A DNA stretch of 63,796 nucleotides, filler included, from Pseudogymnoascus verrucosus (lineage: Eukaryota): NCBI GenBank assembly GCA_001662655.1. It is 3 parts of 3 records of this genome, joined end to end, with 100 filler letters (N's around TTAATTAATTAA, not from the genome) between each part and the next. Parts side by side here need not be neighbours in the genome. Positions count along the whole stretch, not along the records: positions 1 to 23,280 come from KV460297.1; positions 23,381 to 44,288 come from KV460298.1; 1 more part is not named here. One strand, written 5' to 3'. The notes beneath the pieces were generated by a model. It had not been told where the DNA came from, made no database searches, and saw only the letters and a list, made by a program, of their open reading frames with translations. Shown piece by piece: positions 15,841 to 28,311 of the stretch. How positions within the stretch are numbered: position 1 is the first letter of the stretch; the number at the start of each line of letters is the position of its first letter. The position numbers were made by a program, and so were the translations under genes.

Positions 15841-16798
15841 AACTGCGTAAACAAGGGATGGCTCAAATAAACTGTCGTGGTCAGGATCGCTGTGAGCAGA
15901 AAAGAAGGAGCAATAAGTAACAGCCGTGAAACGCTCAATATAAAAGACAGCAAAAGATATTGTTAGAAGTGGAGTATTGACGCGAAAGGAATGGCAGGGT
16001 TATGGAGATGGGCGGAAGAGTGATCCTTCGTCGTCAGCTCAGCCTCGCTTACTGTTGCGATCCACGTTCCTAAAGTCGCCAACGACAACAAATAGAATAA
16101 GCGCCCAAATATTTCCCCGCTTTCGTCACAACATCGATCCATCGATCAACAACACCGGTAAATAACTACTATAGATACCAAAACAACCATCTACCTATCT
16201 TTCTTCCGTGTCTCTATCTCATGTGTAACGCTGGATGGGAATCCCTTACCCCGCCACAGCTCCCTCCAACCAGACCTGGCCTTTCCGGGTGACAAGAGCC
16301 ATGTTCAGACTGAACAAGCGCCTCACACCCTATCCGTTGTTTCACCACTCAGCCATACCCGCGGAGCCTCCCTCTAGGCGCTGTGAGTCTATCGGTTATC
16401 GGGATGGGGAAGTTGAAGTCACACGGTTCTATCTTTCTCTCCGGTTCCTCGCCTGGCTGTTTCACTATGGGGAGCATCGAGCGGTGAGAGTTTATGGTAA
16501 ATTCATGTGATTTCATTCGTCATTCATTATTTAAATTTCATTATTCAACAAGGAAAGAGCCCTCCGCAGACCCGGCCAAGGAGATGTTTCCGTGGTTCGG
16601 CGCGTGTGTGTTTCGCCCAATCTGCCTGTGTTCACCTTCCCAGCGCCAACTATTCCTGAAACGAGTGATGGAGCCCCAAAAACCAAAAAACAAGAACAAT
16701 ACAAAACAGAAAGTAATTTTTGTCATCCTCTCTCCCTGGGCCTTCGGTTAGCTGCTGATCCCAGCGCGGGGAGGGGGAATGTGTACTCACAATTCTCA

Positions 16799-17131
16799 TC
16801 ACAAGCGGTTCCTCCTATCCAATCGTTCCTCCTCGAGGTTATAGATCTCGCGATCCAGGTCGCTGATGATGTCCTCGGAGGCCTCGATGGAGGCCTTGCG
16901 GTTTCGCTCGCTCTTCCATCGCTTGATGCGGTCAACCTCCTTCTGGCGGCGGCTCAATTTGGTTGCGATCTTGTCACAGATTCGGCAGTTCTTGGAGCGG
17001 TCCTCGTTGCAGTTCATGACGAGCTTCATACCGCAGGTCTCACCGGTGCGGTACTCCTTGGCGCAGTGCTGGCGGAAGGTGCCCCACTTGTAGTCGCCGC
17101 AGCGGTAAAGGGTTTGGTCAAAGAAGCACAT
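16799..17131 (-). CDS. Small Cys-containing hypothetical protein (110 aa) with a C-terminal coiled coil
   Basis: Single ORF MCFFDQ...CGDYKWG...HCAKEYRTGETCGMKLV...CRICDKI. Good start context (CAAAATG), a 5'-UTR intron at 17206-17147 and a TATA-like element near 17390. Confidence 0.8.
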   Translation of the reverse strand: MCFFDQTLYRCGDYKWGTFRQHCAKEYRTGETCGMKLVMNCNEDRSKNCRICDKIATKLSRRQKEVDRIKRWKSERNRKASIEASEDIISDLDREIYNLEEERLDRRNRL

Positions 17132-20100
17132 TTTGAGATGGTGGAACTGCGATTGAAACGTCAGTATGTGCGGCAGGAGGAGTAAGGAGTTCGGACAGCT
17201 ACCTACTTGGTGTTGCTGTTAAGGCTGAAGTGCAAGGTGGTGTTTCGAAGATGAGAACTTTGAAGTTCTTTGAAGACTCTCAGGGATATCTGGTGTTTAG
17301 GTTGAAAGATTGTTCGATGTCGAAGTGAGAAGACTGAAGACTGAAGACTGAAGAATGAAGAGCTTTTGAGGAGCAAAGAAGCCAGGTATTTATACACAAA
17401 CTCGTTCATACTGGCACGGCTTTGAGAACACGACAGTGTTTTGATTTGTGATTCTCCGACCACTGACAACTTCTCAGAATTGTCTTACCCTTGTTCAACA
17501 CGTCGAGGTGCTAGATTGGCAAATGATGCGGCCACCACATCTCCGGAGAAGACCCGCTCGATACCCATGTGAGGCCTCCAACGGGAGGCCCAATTCCACA
17601 AACTCCTCGTTCACCAACCGATTTGAACATCTGCCTGCCCGCCACTCGACTTTTGAGTTGACGACTCTCATCTGAGGCCCCTTTATTTCGGCTATTGGCC
17701 AATGCACGGCGATATCACTTCACCGATCGTCGATGGACTCGCCCAACCCTGTTCCCGTCTATCTCAGCCGACGAGGCATTTGAGGCTTCACCCTTGCCTC
17801 TGTTGAGTTGCATATGCAGTGATATCTGCTATACAATCACGTTATTGCTTTGTTGTCCGACGCCTCTGACACGCTTATACCCTGCCGCGTTCAGATCTTG
17901 TCGATCACTGGTGGGAACCCGAACGGCAATGGATCACCATATATGCCAAGGCCATACGAGGCCTGGCCTCAGCCTTGATAGCCTCCTTTTACTTGTCTTG
18001 GAATGGTCACACTGAGAAACAGAATCCAGCATCCTACACTCAATTGAGAAAAACAAGTTTTGGAAGGGTGGCTGGCATCGCCACTCCATGACGGCCCAAA
18101 GAACTACTATGGAGCTTTGATCTGCGTCGAAGCTATGTGCTTTTCTGCCGATTCGTGCATCAAAGACACGAGCCTTGGATCACTTCCTCTGTGGTCCATT
18201 GCGTCTCAAGTCAAAGTCATGGGATCTCCCGGTGGCAAAGAAAAATCAACTTTTTTGTCCTCCTTTTGGGCCACCCGCCTGGCCGGCCGCGTTCATGCAA
18301 CCACCTTGCTGCAGGCCAAGCGCACTGCAAGATGTCAATCCGTTAATCCTCGGCCCTACCCTTGTGATATTCCAACCATTGACAAAATATAGGCATCCGT
18401 TGATATTATGTGTTGTCAACTTTGCGGGGGGGGAGGATGCTCGTTCCGTCCGTTCCATGTGCAACCAACACGAGATTGATAATCCCTCTTGGTAAAGCAC
18501 ACGGGATAAATGCCTCTCTCGTCATGGCCTGGGGGGTAGGCCATGACTACCATGTAAGTCTGGGGCGGGGTTGAGGAGGAGTTTGCAACGTGGCGAGCTC
18601 AGTCTGGTTGTTCTTCTTTTCATTTCCCCCGGACGCTAGAGCATATCGCCACTATAGGAATCTGGATGATTCTCTATCATCGTCTATCACTTACCGGTCC
18701 CGTGGTCCTTGCTCACCTCCTCGTTTGCATCCCACTCTACCGTTCTAGCTGCGGCTGTATTACAACTTCGTTTACAAAAATTGATCCCAATGGATAGTCT
18801 TTGAGGGATATCTGCATTCGATAGAGCTGAGTGAACCTGGCGCCATCATGGGGGATTCAATGGTGGGACTGATCAGCGGTCAATATCAAGATGCGAGGCG
18901 GACTACATGTCGGCAAGGGAGGTTCATCACAAATTGTTTAGGCAGCCTCTCCCCCCGTCTCAATGCATGTCTCAGGAGGGCTGAGTCGCCAATTAGTATA
19001 GCTAGTGAAGCGAAATGTTGGATCTTATTATTATTGCCTCACTGGTGACCATGTTTACGCGGAATTGCTGGGTATCCGAGCGCCCTTTTCCGCCTGTTTC
19101 TCATTAGGCGTCGCATATTGTGGTAAACAAGACCGCCTTTTGACCAAGCGGCGAAACTGGCGACCCCTTCCCAGGCCCCCGAGCCTTGCAGAAAACCATA
19201 ACAAAGTTCAATCTGAATGCCGTAAAAGCCTCCCTTCTCTAAAATCCATATCCCGCGCTGCACACAAGCAAGCTGCGACGTCAAAATTCACCTCGAAGCT
19301 CCCAACCTGATCATTGGGACCGATGCCAATCATGTGAACGCAAGCGCACTCGCGATGGCTGTGGGCGCGCAGCCAATCGTCAGCTCCCAGAGCACTGTGC
19401 GCCGATTAAGGTGTGAGTGCAGCCCCGCGAATGTGAGTCGGTGGCCAGCCATTGGTGGGACGCGTTTTGGGGATGGGGGGTGGGGGGGGGCACACCAGAA
19501 GGTCGCGAGGCGGCCGGGGCGGCCCTGCGGCGGGGGACCCGAAACGTGGGCTGGTGGGGGGGCCAGCTCAGCTGCGTGCCTGTGTGGGCGGGCAGGACCG
19601 TGAGTGCTCTTGGCGGAGCAGACGTGGATAGTCGACGTGGATGGGTAAGGGCGGTGCAAATGGGGGGGGAAGAGGGGGGAGGGGGTTGAGGGGGTGAGGG
19701 GAGCTGGGCAGGCATAGCAAGAGAAGAGGGGCGCAGAGGGTGAGTGTCACCACCACGGAAAAGGATGCAACGTCCCTGTGTGTGCAAGGTGGTGCAGGAC
19801 TGGTGCAGGACGCTACAGTGATGCAGCAGTGATGCAGCAGCAATGCAGTCGTAATGCAGTTCGGCGGAGCTCAATTTCTGGATTTGTAGAGTCGGCAGCC
19901 CAATGTCCGGATGGGTACAAGGGTGGTTTGTTGACTGGATTTCCGTGTTTGTTCCCGGCGTTGGCGGGGTCCGGCGGCAGAAATGAAGACCTAAGCGCTA
20001 TCGTGATTGCTGTCGTATCCGTACCAAGTCCACCCAATAGTCCAATAGACGCCTTTGTTATTGTCTAGCAATCAACAACCAGCGCGCACATACACACACA

Positions 20101-20233
20101 GGCACACACACACACACAGCACACACGTACGCACGCCAGGCTCAACCAAGTTACATCAGGTGCAAACAGCCGGTGTTTCAAGCGCAACACGTCCGTCCGT
20201 GGAGGCGATCGGAGCAGATCTTACCCCGTCGAC

Positions 20234-21337
20234 ATGGAGGACGACTTTGCCCAGAGCCGAGGGGCTGACGACCTTTTCTCAGACGAAATCGACCCCCCCG
20301 AGGCCCCGCAGTACCTCCCTACTCCTGCCGTGCTCTCAGCTGAGAACATCGCCGCCCACACCAGCCAGCAGGAGGCAGAGGCTACCCCTCAACCCCCACC
20401 TCAACAATTCCGCCCTCGCAACAATGCCCGCCGTGGTGGCGGCAATCACCGCGGCGCAAGCGCACCACAAACACCTCGCGCACCAGCTCAGCAACGCGCT
20501 CTCGCCAGCCCCCCGCCCCCTGCTCCGACACCACCCCCAGCACCCACACCTGCCTTCGACCCAGCCACCGTCGCCGCTGCTGGCGGCGCCGCTGCACCGA
20601 CTCAACCAGCTCTGGCAAGCCGCGTCACCTCTGTTCGCGGCGACCGCTCGGCCACTGGCCCCGCGAAGCCGCAGAAACGCACGGAGGCTGAACTCACGGC
20701 GCTGATGGCGAGCATGCAAGTCAAGAACGCCGCGAAGACCCAGGCGCACGCGCGGGCAGAGCAGGACGAGGCAGCGTACCTGAAGCGCGAAGAGCAGGCT
20801 GCTGCGAAGCGGCTGGAGGAGCGTCGTAGCGTGAGGCAGATGGATATGGAGCGTGCGAAGAACCGGGAGCGGAAGATCAAGGCGCAGGGCGGGAGGGAGT
20901 GGGATAGCGAGAAGACGGAGGCGGATATTGTGGATGGGCGGTCAAGGGGGAATAGCAGTCAGTATACTCGCGGCGCACATGGGGGGGTGAGGGCTAGGGA
21001 TGATGGGGGACAGCGCAGTGGGTTGTGGCAGGATAGCAATGCACCGGCTTCGAGTCCGGAGTTTGGCGAGCGCGGGGGACGGGGTGGTCGCGGTGGACGA
21101 GGAGGTCGTGGACGTGGTGGTGGCGGCGGGGCTGGGCCTCGTGGCCAAACAACTGCCACGCCAGCTGCAGATGAATTCCCTGCTCTCCCAGCCGCTGCAG
21201 CGCCAGCTCAGGCACCGGCAGTTGAAGCACCGGCAAAGGCTGCGGATGCGGCACTTGATAAGCTACCTCTTGGCGGCGGTCTGAGCGGGAGCAACTGGGC
21301 AGATGAGGTGGAGAAGGAGAAGGGAGCTGCAAAATAG
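20234..21337 (+). CDS. Hypothetical RGG-box / coiled-coil protein, putatively RNA-binding
   Basis: Intronless 367-aa ORF with an acidic N-terminus (DDLFSDE), a Pro-rich segment, a coiled coil ending GGREWDSEK, an RGGRGGRGGRGGRG repeat and DEFPALP / NWADEV motifs. Confidence 0.8.
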   Translation: MEDDFAQSRGADDLFSDEIDPPEAPQYLPTPAVLSAENIAAHTSQQEAEATPQPPPQQFRPRNNARRGGGNHRGASAPQTPRAPAQQRALASPPPPAPTPPPAPTPAFDPATVAAAGGAAAPTQPALASRVTSVRGDRSATGPAKPQKRTEAELTALMASMQVKNAAKTQAHARAEQDEAAYLKREEQAAAKRLEERRSVRQMDMERAKNRERKIKAQGGREWDSEKTEADIVDGRSRGNSSQYTRGAHGGVRARDDGGQRSGLWQDSNAPASSPEFGERGGRGGRGGRGGRGRGGGGGAGPRGQTTATPAADEFPALPAAAAPAQAPAVEAPAKAADAALDKLPLGGGLSGSNWADEVEKEKGAAK

Positions 21338-21540
21338 GTGGAGGTTGGGAGGGATGCATATTATAGACTAGGTCTGTTTAGCTACGGCGGGTTGCATTGG
21401 CTGTAGATTGAAGGCGGGGGACGGCGTTCTGGTGGGAGCAGTATATACACGAGAGAAAGAGGTTAATGATCACAGGCAGGGTGGTTTGGGGGGGATATTC
21501 AAAAATTGTGAGGCAAGTCTCCTGGCGTTTTAGAATATGG

Positions 21541-21663
21541 AAACTCACGGCGGAGGGATGCCATATATACTAATCAAAATATACGAGGGTGTATAGAAGT
21601 ATATTTAACGAACGCCCTCGTATATTTTGGTTACTGTGTATGGCCTCCGTTTGCCGTGAGTTT
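21541..21663. repeat. Imperfect inverted repeat (~52-bp arms), MITE-like hairpin
   Basis: AAACTCACGGC...CAAAATATACGAGGGTGT pairs with ACGCCCTCGTATATTTTG...GCCGTGAGTTT. Confidence 0.75.
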
Positions 21664-21827
21664 ACGTAGTAGCTCAAACAGTTGCTCGAACCTATAAAAT
21701 TAACAAAATTAACTCAAATTATATCACGACGTGAATGAATTCATTCGTATTTATGTATTTACAGCAAATTTATATAGCAGAATATCACATTATATATATT
21801 TAATATTTACGTGGGTATTTTAAGGAA

Positions 21828-22964
21828 CAGCTAATATCATAAATGGGCCTCTTTTTAATTCGAAAATCATAAATAGGCCTCTTTTTATATATAATATCAT
21901 AAGTAGGCCTCTTTTTAATACAATATCAGGAATGGGCCTCTTTTTTTCTTATCGCTCACCGCCTACAACATATTACGCGAGTGAAAACTCTAACTGCCTC
22001 TATTTACATTTTATATTTTAGTATTCCTAGCCGTATATTACTATATCCTTACTCGTATAATGTCTACTCTAGTAATAGGCGATGTTTTCCCTTTAATAAA
22101 AGAAGCTAAGTGTAAAGCGTAAGCCTAGGGTCTCACAGGAGTCTAGGGAACTAGGTTAGGAGGCAGGATGGGTATCGTATTCAGTAAGCACAATAGGTCT
22201 ACGTAGATACAGCGACTATTAACTAGAGTCCTCCCCTAAGGCTCTAGCCCCTAATATATCTTCCTATACCGTGAACCCTAATAACCGGGCTATACCTGAA
22301 TGACAGCTCTACCGTAGGGCTACCTTCGGCGTAGCACCTTACGTGCTATCACGTAAGGACCGCCTTACACTAAGCTATCTATTACAGCTGCTTTTAAAGA
22401 CAACGGGCAATCGTACTAGACTAAGACCTTAAAGCTAATGAGATTTGTCTTGAAATGCAAGACTGTTAAAGACTAAGAAGAAGGGGAGGAAGATATACTA
22501 CACTATGAATTTAAGGTATAGTAAACATTATAGTAATCAATCTAGTGACTAACCTAGCCGCTATTTACGCTAAGCGTGTCACCATCTAGGCAAAGGACAT
22601 GCAGCTTGTCCATCGCATACGCCTGCATATAACTAGATATGAATATCTAGGAAGATTGAAATGATAAACTTATAGAGGATTAGGAGTCTGAGAGTCTAGG
22701 AGCATAGGAATAGCTAGGACATTATAATACCCTTAGTCGTCTGCTATGTAAATTAAATTTGTAACTTCAATTAGAGCAGGAAATCAAAGTCAGCTAATGC
22801 TTAGTCATATAACTGGCAGAATAATTAGGCACGTGCGCGATAAGAAAAAAAGAGGCCTATTCCTGATATTGTATTAAAAAGAGGCCTACTTATGATATTA
22901 TATATAAAAAGAGGCCTATTTATGATTTTCGAATTAAAAAGAGGCCCATTTATGATATTAGCTG
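21828..22964. mobile_element. Non-autonomous Mutator/foldback-like DNA transposon, RIP-degenerated
   Basis: ~130-bp TIRs (CAGCTAATATCAT...ATGATATTAGCTG) built from four ~30-bp GGCCTCTTTTT subrepeats. Perfect 9-bp TSD TTTAAGGAA at 21819-21827 and 22965-22973. The interior is TpA-rich with no ORF. Confidence 0.85.
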
Positions 22965-23049
22965 TTTAAGGAAATCATATAATTTTTAGTCGAAGATATA
23001 TAAAAAACATCTTACAAAATGCACCATAAAACACCATTTGAAGATTCAG

Positions 23050-23175
23050 CAGTGTTGCCCGAGTACTACTCGTTGCGAGTACTACTCGAGTAATTACTCG
23101 AGTAGTACTCGACTCGAAGAAATCTGAACTACTCGAGTACTACTCGAGTAGTACTCGAGTAGTACTCGAGTAGTT
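23050..23175. repeat. Array of short palindromic TACTCGAGTA motifs after CAGTGTTGCC; probable hAT-like transposon end
   Basis: Repeated GAGTACTACTCG / TACTCGAGTA units. Any partner end would lie in or beyond the gap at 23281. Confidence 0.5.
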
Positions 23176-23280
23176 GCCAAGATAGCCAAGAAGCGGGGTA
23201 AGGACGTAGACAGAATTGTAGAATAGGAAAAGTGAAGCTTTCAATGACCTGAATATTACTGTGATACTTGGTATCGCCAA

Positions 23281-23380
23281 NNNNNNNNNNNNNNNNNNNN
23301 NNNNNNNNNNNNNNNNNNNNNNNNTTAATTAATTAANNNNNNNNNNNNNNNNNNNNNNNNNNNNNNNNNNNNNNNNNNNN
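23281..23380. other. Scaffold gap with an artificial TTAATTAATTAA linker
   Basis: A 100-nt N-run containing the all-frame-stop spacer; the same construct occurs at 44289-44388. Confidence 0.95.
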
Positions 23381-24780
23381 TGGAACGACGAAGGTAATTG
23401 AAAGGGAGGGCCACCATGTGCTGCACAAAGACCCGCCTGCTAGTCACCCTGCGGCCGGTATGGCGGGGGTGGAGTAGGGTGTTTGGGATGGTTGTGGGTT
23501 AATACGGGGTTTATATAATACATGTGTTGGGTGCGGGCGGCTAGGGTTGGTTGGGGATGGATGGGTTGGTATTGTTTGATTATGTATGCTTTTAGATTTT
23601 CTGTTCTTTGATACATGTAATACTCCAGATTGCAAAAACTTTATAAAAAATAACATGGATGTTCAACTTTACACCTTGGTAATAGGCGCTTGTGGTTAAT
23701 TTTAGAGTCTTGGAGGGCGTTGTTAACACTGTGCTAATACTGATGATGACTGCCACACAAACAGTCGAGCCTAAGACCAGAACCCCACTCCTGAGCTTTA
23801 AACCGGCTTTCAAATTCGATCTTCGCGCACATGACCGACTTAGTATGTTTGTTTAGGCAGGGATGCGGGGTGTGAAACGGGGATATTAATACACGGCGCG
23901 AAGTAAGTAGTTGGCGCGTATATTCCAACAGCGGTTTTACCGCGCAGGGTTGGTTTCTAGGCAGCGGGATTGTGGAACCAACAGCAGAGCAGAGTGGAGA
24001 TAACAGATTTCGGTGCTCAGTACTCAGTATGCGTTAGAATAGAATGGGTTATTGTGTGTTTGTATATTGCGGTGAAGGTATTTATTGTTTGGGCATGATC
24101 TGCTCTGTTGTACGTCGTTGGAGTTGATGTTGTTGATGTTCCCGAACGGGTAATGGCAGATAGATAGATAGGTGCGGTCTGATAAGGTTCCTTCATATTT
24201 TTTTTTGGTCGTCGCACCTCAAATTTACTGTATGGGATTAGAATACAGTCGCAAATGTAATAACAGGTGTAAATAGCACAGAGAATTAAAAATAATACAT
24301 AGATAAACCTGCTTTCCCCTCCTGTAAAACTAAAAAACATAAAAGGTCCCTGAACATTCAACCGTTTGACGCCCGCATCCCTGTTCTGTTTGCTCCCCCC
24401 GTCGTCTTATCCGTGTCGCCAGCGGTTTGGTCAAGCTTAACGTGAGATAGACGGCCGTGGTTAACCACAAAAGTCACTGAAAAGTAGCAAAAGTCACCTT
24501 CGTCGTAACACCAAAAGTTACTTATTCCAACTTTCTTACTCCCCCAACACAAACCCCATCTGGAAAAACATTACTTCACCACCGAATATCCTATTTAATC
24601 TTTAATCTTCCCTGCCTGAAGAAACAGTTTGCGGTTTGACTGACAGAGATTTGTTCATAATAAACTTAAATAGTCGACCACAGCACAGTCCATAGACCAC
24701 CGCGAGGATCCAAACGGGTCTCCAATTCACCAAATCTTCACAGGAGGGAGTTCGACACTCTCGAGCACATACGCCGAGCA

Positions 24781-26431
24781 ATGGCCCAATTCCTTGATCG
24801 GTATCGCATTATTGAAGCCCAAAAAGAAGAGTCTGTCAATTTTATAAAGGTTCGTTACCAGCCAGCCACTCCACCCCCGTTTGACCCTCGACCGAACCGC
24901 GCGCTGACGGGCACAACCCCTACAGGATCTCCTTGTCTACATTGATAAACTCGAAAACGACCTCCGCGGCGAGAACGATCGCCTTTCGAAAGAGCTAGAC
25001 GACGCGCAGCTGGACTTGGAGGATGCCAGACGTAGTCGTAGGGAGATGCAGCAGCAGCTGAGTGTTACAAGCGCGCAACTGGGACGATATAATACCGACA
25101 ATGAATCTCTGAAGGTTCTACAGCTCACACTTCCTCCGTGGTCGCGGCCATTAGCTCACAAGAACAGAACCGAAATCCCTACATAATTTTGTTAATTGAC
25201 GGTGATGGTACCATTGTAAGGACCCCCCATTGCCTCATCCTGTCTCAGCCATGATCCAACGCTGACATCTTTCCCTCACCAGTTCCACGAAGAATATATA
25301 CGACAAGGACTCGAGGGCGGTAAAAAGGCAGCCAATGCCCTCCGAAACGCCGCCCTGGAACAATGCCCCAATATATCAGACGACGTCGAAGTTATAGCTA
25401 AAATCTTTGCGAATGTTTCTGGCCTGGCTAAGGCTATGAAGCGCGTGGGCGTACTGGATAATGCCGATGATCTGCGCGAGTTCACGTTAGGCTTTACGCA
25501 GGGCAAGGCCTCATTTGACTTTATTGATGTTGGGCATGGCAAGGAGAGGGCGGATTCAAAGATTAGAGGTAATGCATGCTCCCCCTCGCCCAGCAGCTGT
25601 GGCGGGCTTGATCGTGTGACACTTTAACTAACGAACCATTTCCCCAGAGGCCACAAGATGGAATATCCGAAACCACAACTGCAAACAAATCCTCCTCGGC
25701 GTCTCCCACGACGCCGGCTACGCCCCCTTCCTCGACGAAGTCCTACGCGACGAATCCACCACCCGCCGCGTCTCCATCATCGAGGGGACCCCCATCGTGC
25801 GCGAGCTCGCCGCCACAGGCACCCGCGTCCTAAACTTTGACCATATCTTCCGCAACGACAAGCTCATCGAGCGCCAATCCCCCTATAGCCAATTCCAGCA
25901 GCTGTCGCACGGCGGCCTGCCACCGGCACAGCTCCAAGCCATAGGCAATGGTCGCAATCAGAGCCCTACGCCGCCGAATACCTGGGCGGGCGTTACTAGC
26001 ATTCCCCTTACTACGCCTCCACCGATGGTTTTCCCCGTGACTCTCAAGAATGGCACGTCTGGCGCTGCTGCCGCTGCCGCAGCCGCTGCGGTCAACATTG
26101 TCACGCCGCACCCTAAACTCGACGACTGGGTCCCCGGAGACCGCGGTCTAGATCCCACCCTCACCATCTCGGCCGTCGTGCTAGAGCGCACCAAGCGCCG
26201 CGCCGGAAACACAAAACTATGCAATAACCACTACCTCCGCGGCCCGTGTCCCAAGGGCGACGAATGCGTCTTCGAGCACAAACACAAAGCCAGCGAGGAG
26301 GAGCTCAAAGCCATCGCCTACCTTACGCGATTGAATCCCTGCGTGAATGGCCAGGATTGCGATGTCGAGTACTGCATTTATGGACACCATTGCCCCAGCG
26401 TGGGGCTGAATCTCGCGGCGGTGGGGGGGAA
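24781..26431 (+). CDS. CCCH-type zinc finger protein, left copy, 3' end lost in a gap
   Basis: Exons 24781-24849, 24926-25114, 25168-25215, 25283-25568 and 25648-26431. Coiled coil, NPYIILLIDGDG domain, GVSHDAGYAPFL, and fingers CNNHYLRGPCPKGDECVFEH and CVNGQDCDVEYCIYGHHC. Confidence 0.8.
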
Positions 26432-28311
26432 NNNNNNNNNNNNNNNNNNNNNNNNNNNNNNNNNNNNNNNNNNNNNNNNNNNNNNNNNNNNNNNNNNNNN
26501 NNNNNNNNNNNNNNNNNNNNNNNNNNNNNNNTTAAGTTTAATTTTAGTTTATTTATGTGCTGAGGCAAGACACCTGGCATGTTTGATTGATGGTCGGGAT
26601 ATTTGGGAAGGGGGGGACAAGGGACAAACAAATTGAGTATGGCTAGGGATGGTGGACATATCTTGAGTTTGATCGAAGACAGATTTGAAGGAGACGTGGA
26701 GGATATTATTCTCACATCGAGAAGGACGGGGACCAAACTTGATCGATATGTTTGTCATCCCAACGAATGGGATATTACATTACTTCGTACTTTAAACCGC
26801 TGAGCTTAGCTAGTTCAAAACAAATGTCAAGAGCTACAAACGCCGCCCAGTAGTAGTACACAACAAGTACAGCCAGTCAGTACAAGCAGTGAACACCTCC
26901 AATCTTCAGGGGCCCCTCCCTCCTCCCTTACCCAAAGAAAAACCTCCGTCCTGTGGTGCCACAGAAGACTGCCCAACCCCCCTTCCTGAGCCTCACGTAA
27001 CACAACCCATTCCCGACGGACGGCCAGCACACCATGCAGAGAAGAAGAATTAATTGTGCATTACGAGGAATTACTAGGTTCACATATGTACCATCCCGAA
27101 ACAAGCCCCCACCCACACGCACCACGCCACCCTTACACACACAACGAAGACGACGGCTTTGAAAAGCGTGTAGCCTGATCCTGTCTCCCCTGCCCCTCCA
27201 TTTCCCAACATCCCTTATTCACATACACACACACATACGCGCGTCATTACTGTGCCTTCCTGCCGCCCCCTTGCGTCGCTGCTGGGGTGGGCCGCGCCGT
27301 CGAATTTCATCCCCCTGTTGCCGCCGATCCGTGATAAACGCCGATAATCAGAACGGCATCGATGCCGTCCNNGGACGGCATCGATGCCGTTCTGATTATC
27401 GGCGTTTATCACGGATCGGCGGCAACAGGGGGATGAAATTCGACGGCGCGGCCCACCCCAGCAGCGACGCAAGGGGGCGGCAGGAAGGCACAGTAATGAC
27501 GCGCGTATGTGTGTGTGTATGTGAATAAGGGATGTTGGGAAATGGAGGGGCAGGGGAGACAGGATCAGGCTACACGCTTTTCAAAGCCGTCGTCTTCGTT
27601 GTGTGTGTAAGGGTGGCGTGGTGCGTGTGGGTGGGGGCTTGTTTCGGGATGGTACATATGTGAACCTAGTAATTCCTCGTAATGCACAATTAATTCTTCT
27701 TCTCTGCATGGTGTGCTGGCCGTCCGTCGGGAATGGGTTGTGTTACGTGAGGCTCAGGAAGGGGGGTTGGGCAGTCTTCTGTGGCACCACAGGACGGAGG
27801 TTTTTCTTTGGGTAAGGGAGGAGGGAGGGGCCCCTGAAGATTGGAGGTGTTCACTGCTTGTACTGACTGGCTGTACTTGTTGTGTACTACTACTGGGCGG
27901 CGTTTGTAGCTCTTGACATTTGTTTTGAACTAGCTAAGCTCAGCGGTTTAAAGTACGAAGTAATGTAATATCCCATTCGTTGGGATGACAAACATATCGA
28001 TCAAGTTTGGTCCCCGTCCTTCTCGATGTGAGAATAATATCCTCCACGTCTCCTTCAAATCTGTCTTCGATCAAACTCAAGATATGTCCACCATCCCTAG
28101 CCATACTCAATTTGTTTGTCCCTTGTCCCCCCCTTCCCAAATATCCCGACCATCAATCAAACATGCCAGGTGTCTTGCCTCAGCACATAAATAAACTAAA
28201 ATTAAACTTAANNNNNNNNNNNNNNNNNNNNNNNNNNNNNNNNNNNNNNNNNNNNNNNNNNNNNNNNNNNNNNNNNNNNNNNNNNNNNNNNNNNNNNNNN
28301 NNNNNNNNNNN

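Noticed and set aside
21828..23175. CRISPR-like arrays in the regularly spaced repeats
   Set aside because: The context is eukaryotic, there are no unique spacers or cas genes, and the repeats are explained as transposon termini.
23325..23336. TTAATTAATTAA inside N-runs (also ~44333-44344) as a biological motif
   Set aside because: It is an artificial all-frame-stop contig linker; adjacency across these gaps is not guaranteed.
26532..28211. Mirrored short ORFs at the palindrome centre as a hairpin-RNA or toxin system
   Set aside because: They are low-complexity non-coding-looking ORFs, and the symmetry is best explained by misassembly.
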